Origin: Octopus bimaculoides
Lineage: Eukaryota
Assembly: GCF_001194135.2 (NCBI RefSeq)
Contig: NC_068984.1
Span: 1,052,456-1,089,091, forward strand
DNA length: 36,636 bases
Reading direction: 5' to 3'
Numbering within the stretch: the first letter of the stretch is position 1; every line of letters begins with the position of its first letter. The notes under the pieces were generated by a model. That model did no database searches. It was not told the origin of the DNA and saw nothing but the letters and a program-made list of their open reading frames with translations. Below are positions 36,108 to 36,636 of the stretch, in pieces. The translations under genes and the position numbers were made by a program.

Positions 36108-36636
36108 TCGTTGCTTTCTGATTTCCTGTAACCTTTTCTGGCGTGTGTTTATACCATCTCTTTCCTGTTCTTATTTCCATAGAGTTGGCACAGCCTCCAG
36201 TGTATATAGACCCCCAACTCTGTCGTATCTGTGAATATATTCCTTCTTAGCCAGGACTGGGGAGCCAGAGATAATATGGTTTATTGTTTCTCCACATATT
36301 CTGCAATTAGTTGGGTTTTTTTCTTTTCATTACATGTTTTGGGTAATTTCTGGTAGGAAGGTTTTGGTCTCGGGCTGCAGTTAAAAATTCCTCAGTCTCT
36401 GCTTTGAGTCCTGAGCTTCTCAGCCTTTGTTGGGATTTTGCTTTATCTATGTCTTTTTTGTTTAGTTTAGCCCAGTATTTGCCATGAAGGGCTTTTCTTA
36501 CCATCGTTTCACCGTGATACGCTGCCGTTCCAGTTTTTGTTTGGATTTCAGTTGTTTTACAGCTTTTGTTGTTTCTTCTTCTTCATAGTTGTTAGGTGGT
36601 ATGACTCTTTTGTATTTGTCAGTTTTTTGTTTTGTT
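36108..36636 (-). mobile_element. R4/Dong LINE internal fragment (continues beyond the window)
   Basis: KALHGKYW...LRSSGLKAETEEFLTAARDQNLPTRNY (36307-36504), then CRICGETINHII and WYKHTPEKV. Confidence 0.88.

Overview
Repeat-dense, AT-rich eukaryotic genomic DNA with two N gaps (25266-25387, 35288-35853). The SINE/LINE families and microsatellite load look like Octopus (coleoid cephalopod); this is recognition from memory, not a search. No intact, recognisable host gene is present, and most listed ORFs are microsatellite read-throughs or pieces of decayed retrotransposons. Main content: a chain of 5'-truncated R4/Dong-type (RLE) LINEs joined at (TAA)n tracts (6.2-11.2 kb, further pieces at 15.4-17.3 kb and 35.9-36.6 kb), a near full-length decayed CR1-type LINE (19.7-23.4 kb), an L1/Tx1 3' fragment, a probable decayed Penelope element, several tRNA-derived SINEs, a piggyBac-like MITE and several minisatellites. 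The most interesting signal is at 32.67-33.40 kb: a ~333-bp repeat unit in direct and inverted copies. It carries two type I hammerhead ribozyme motifs with an extended stem I; one has a palindromic stem III. This is the layout expected of a non-LTR retrozyme (circular RNA-producing element).
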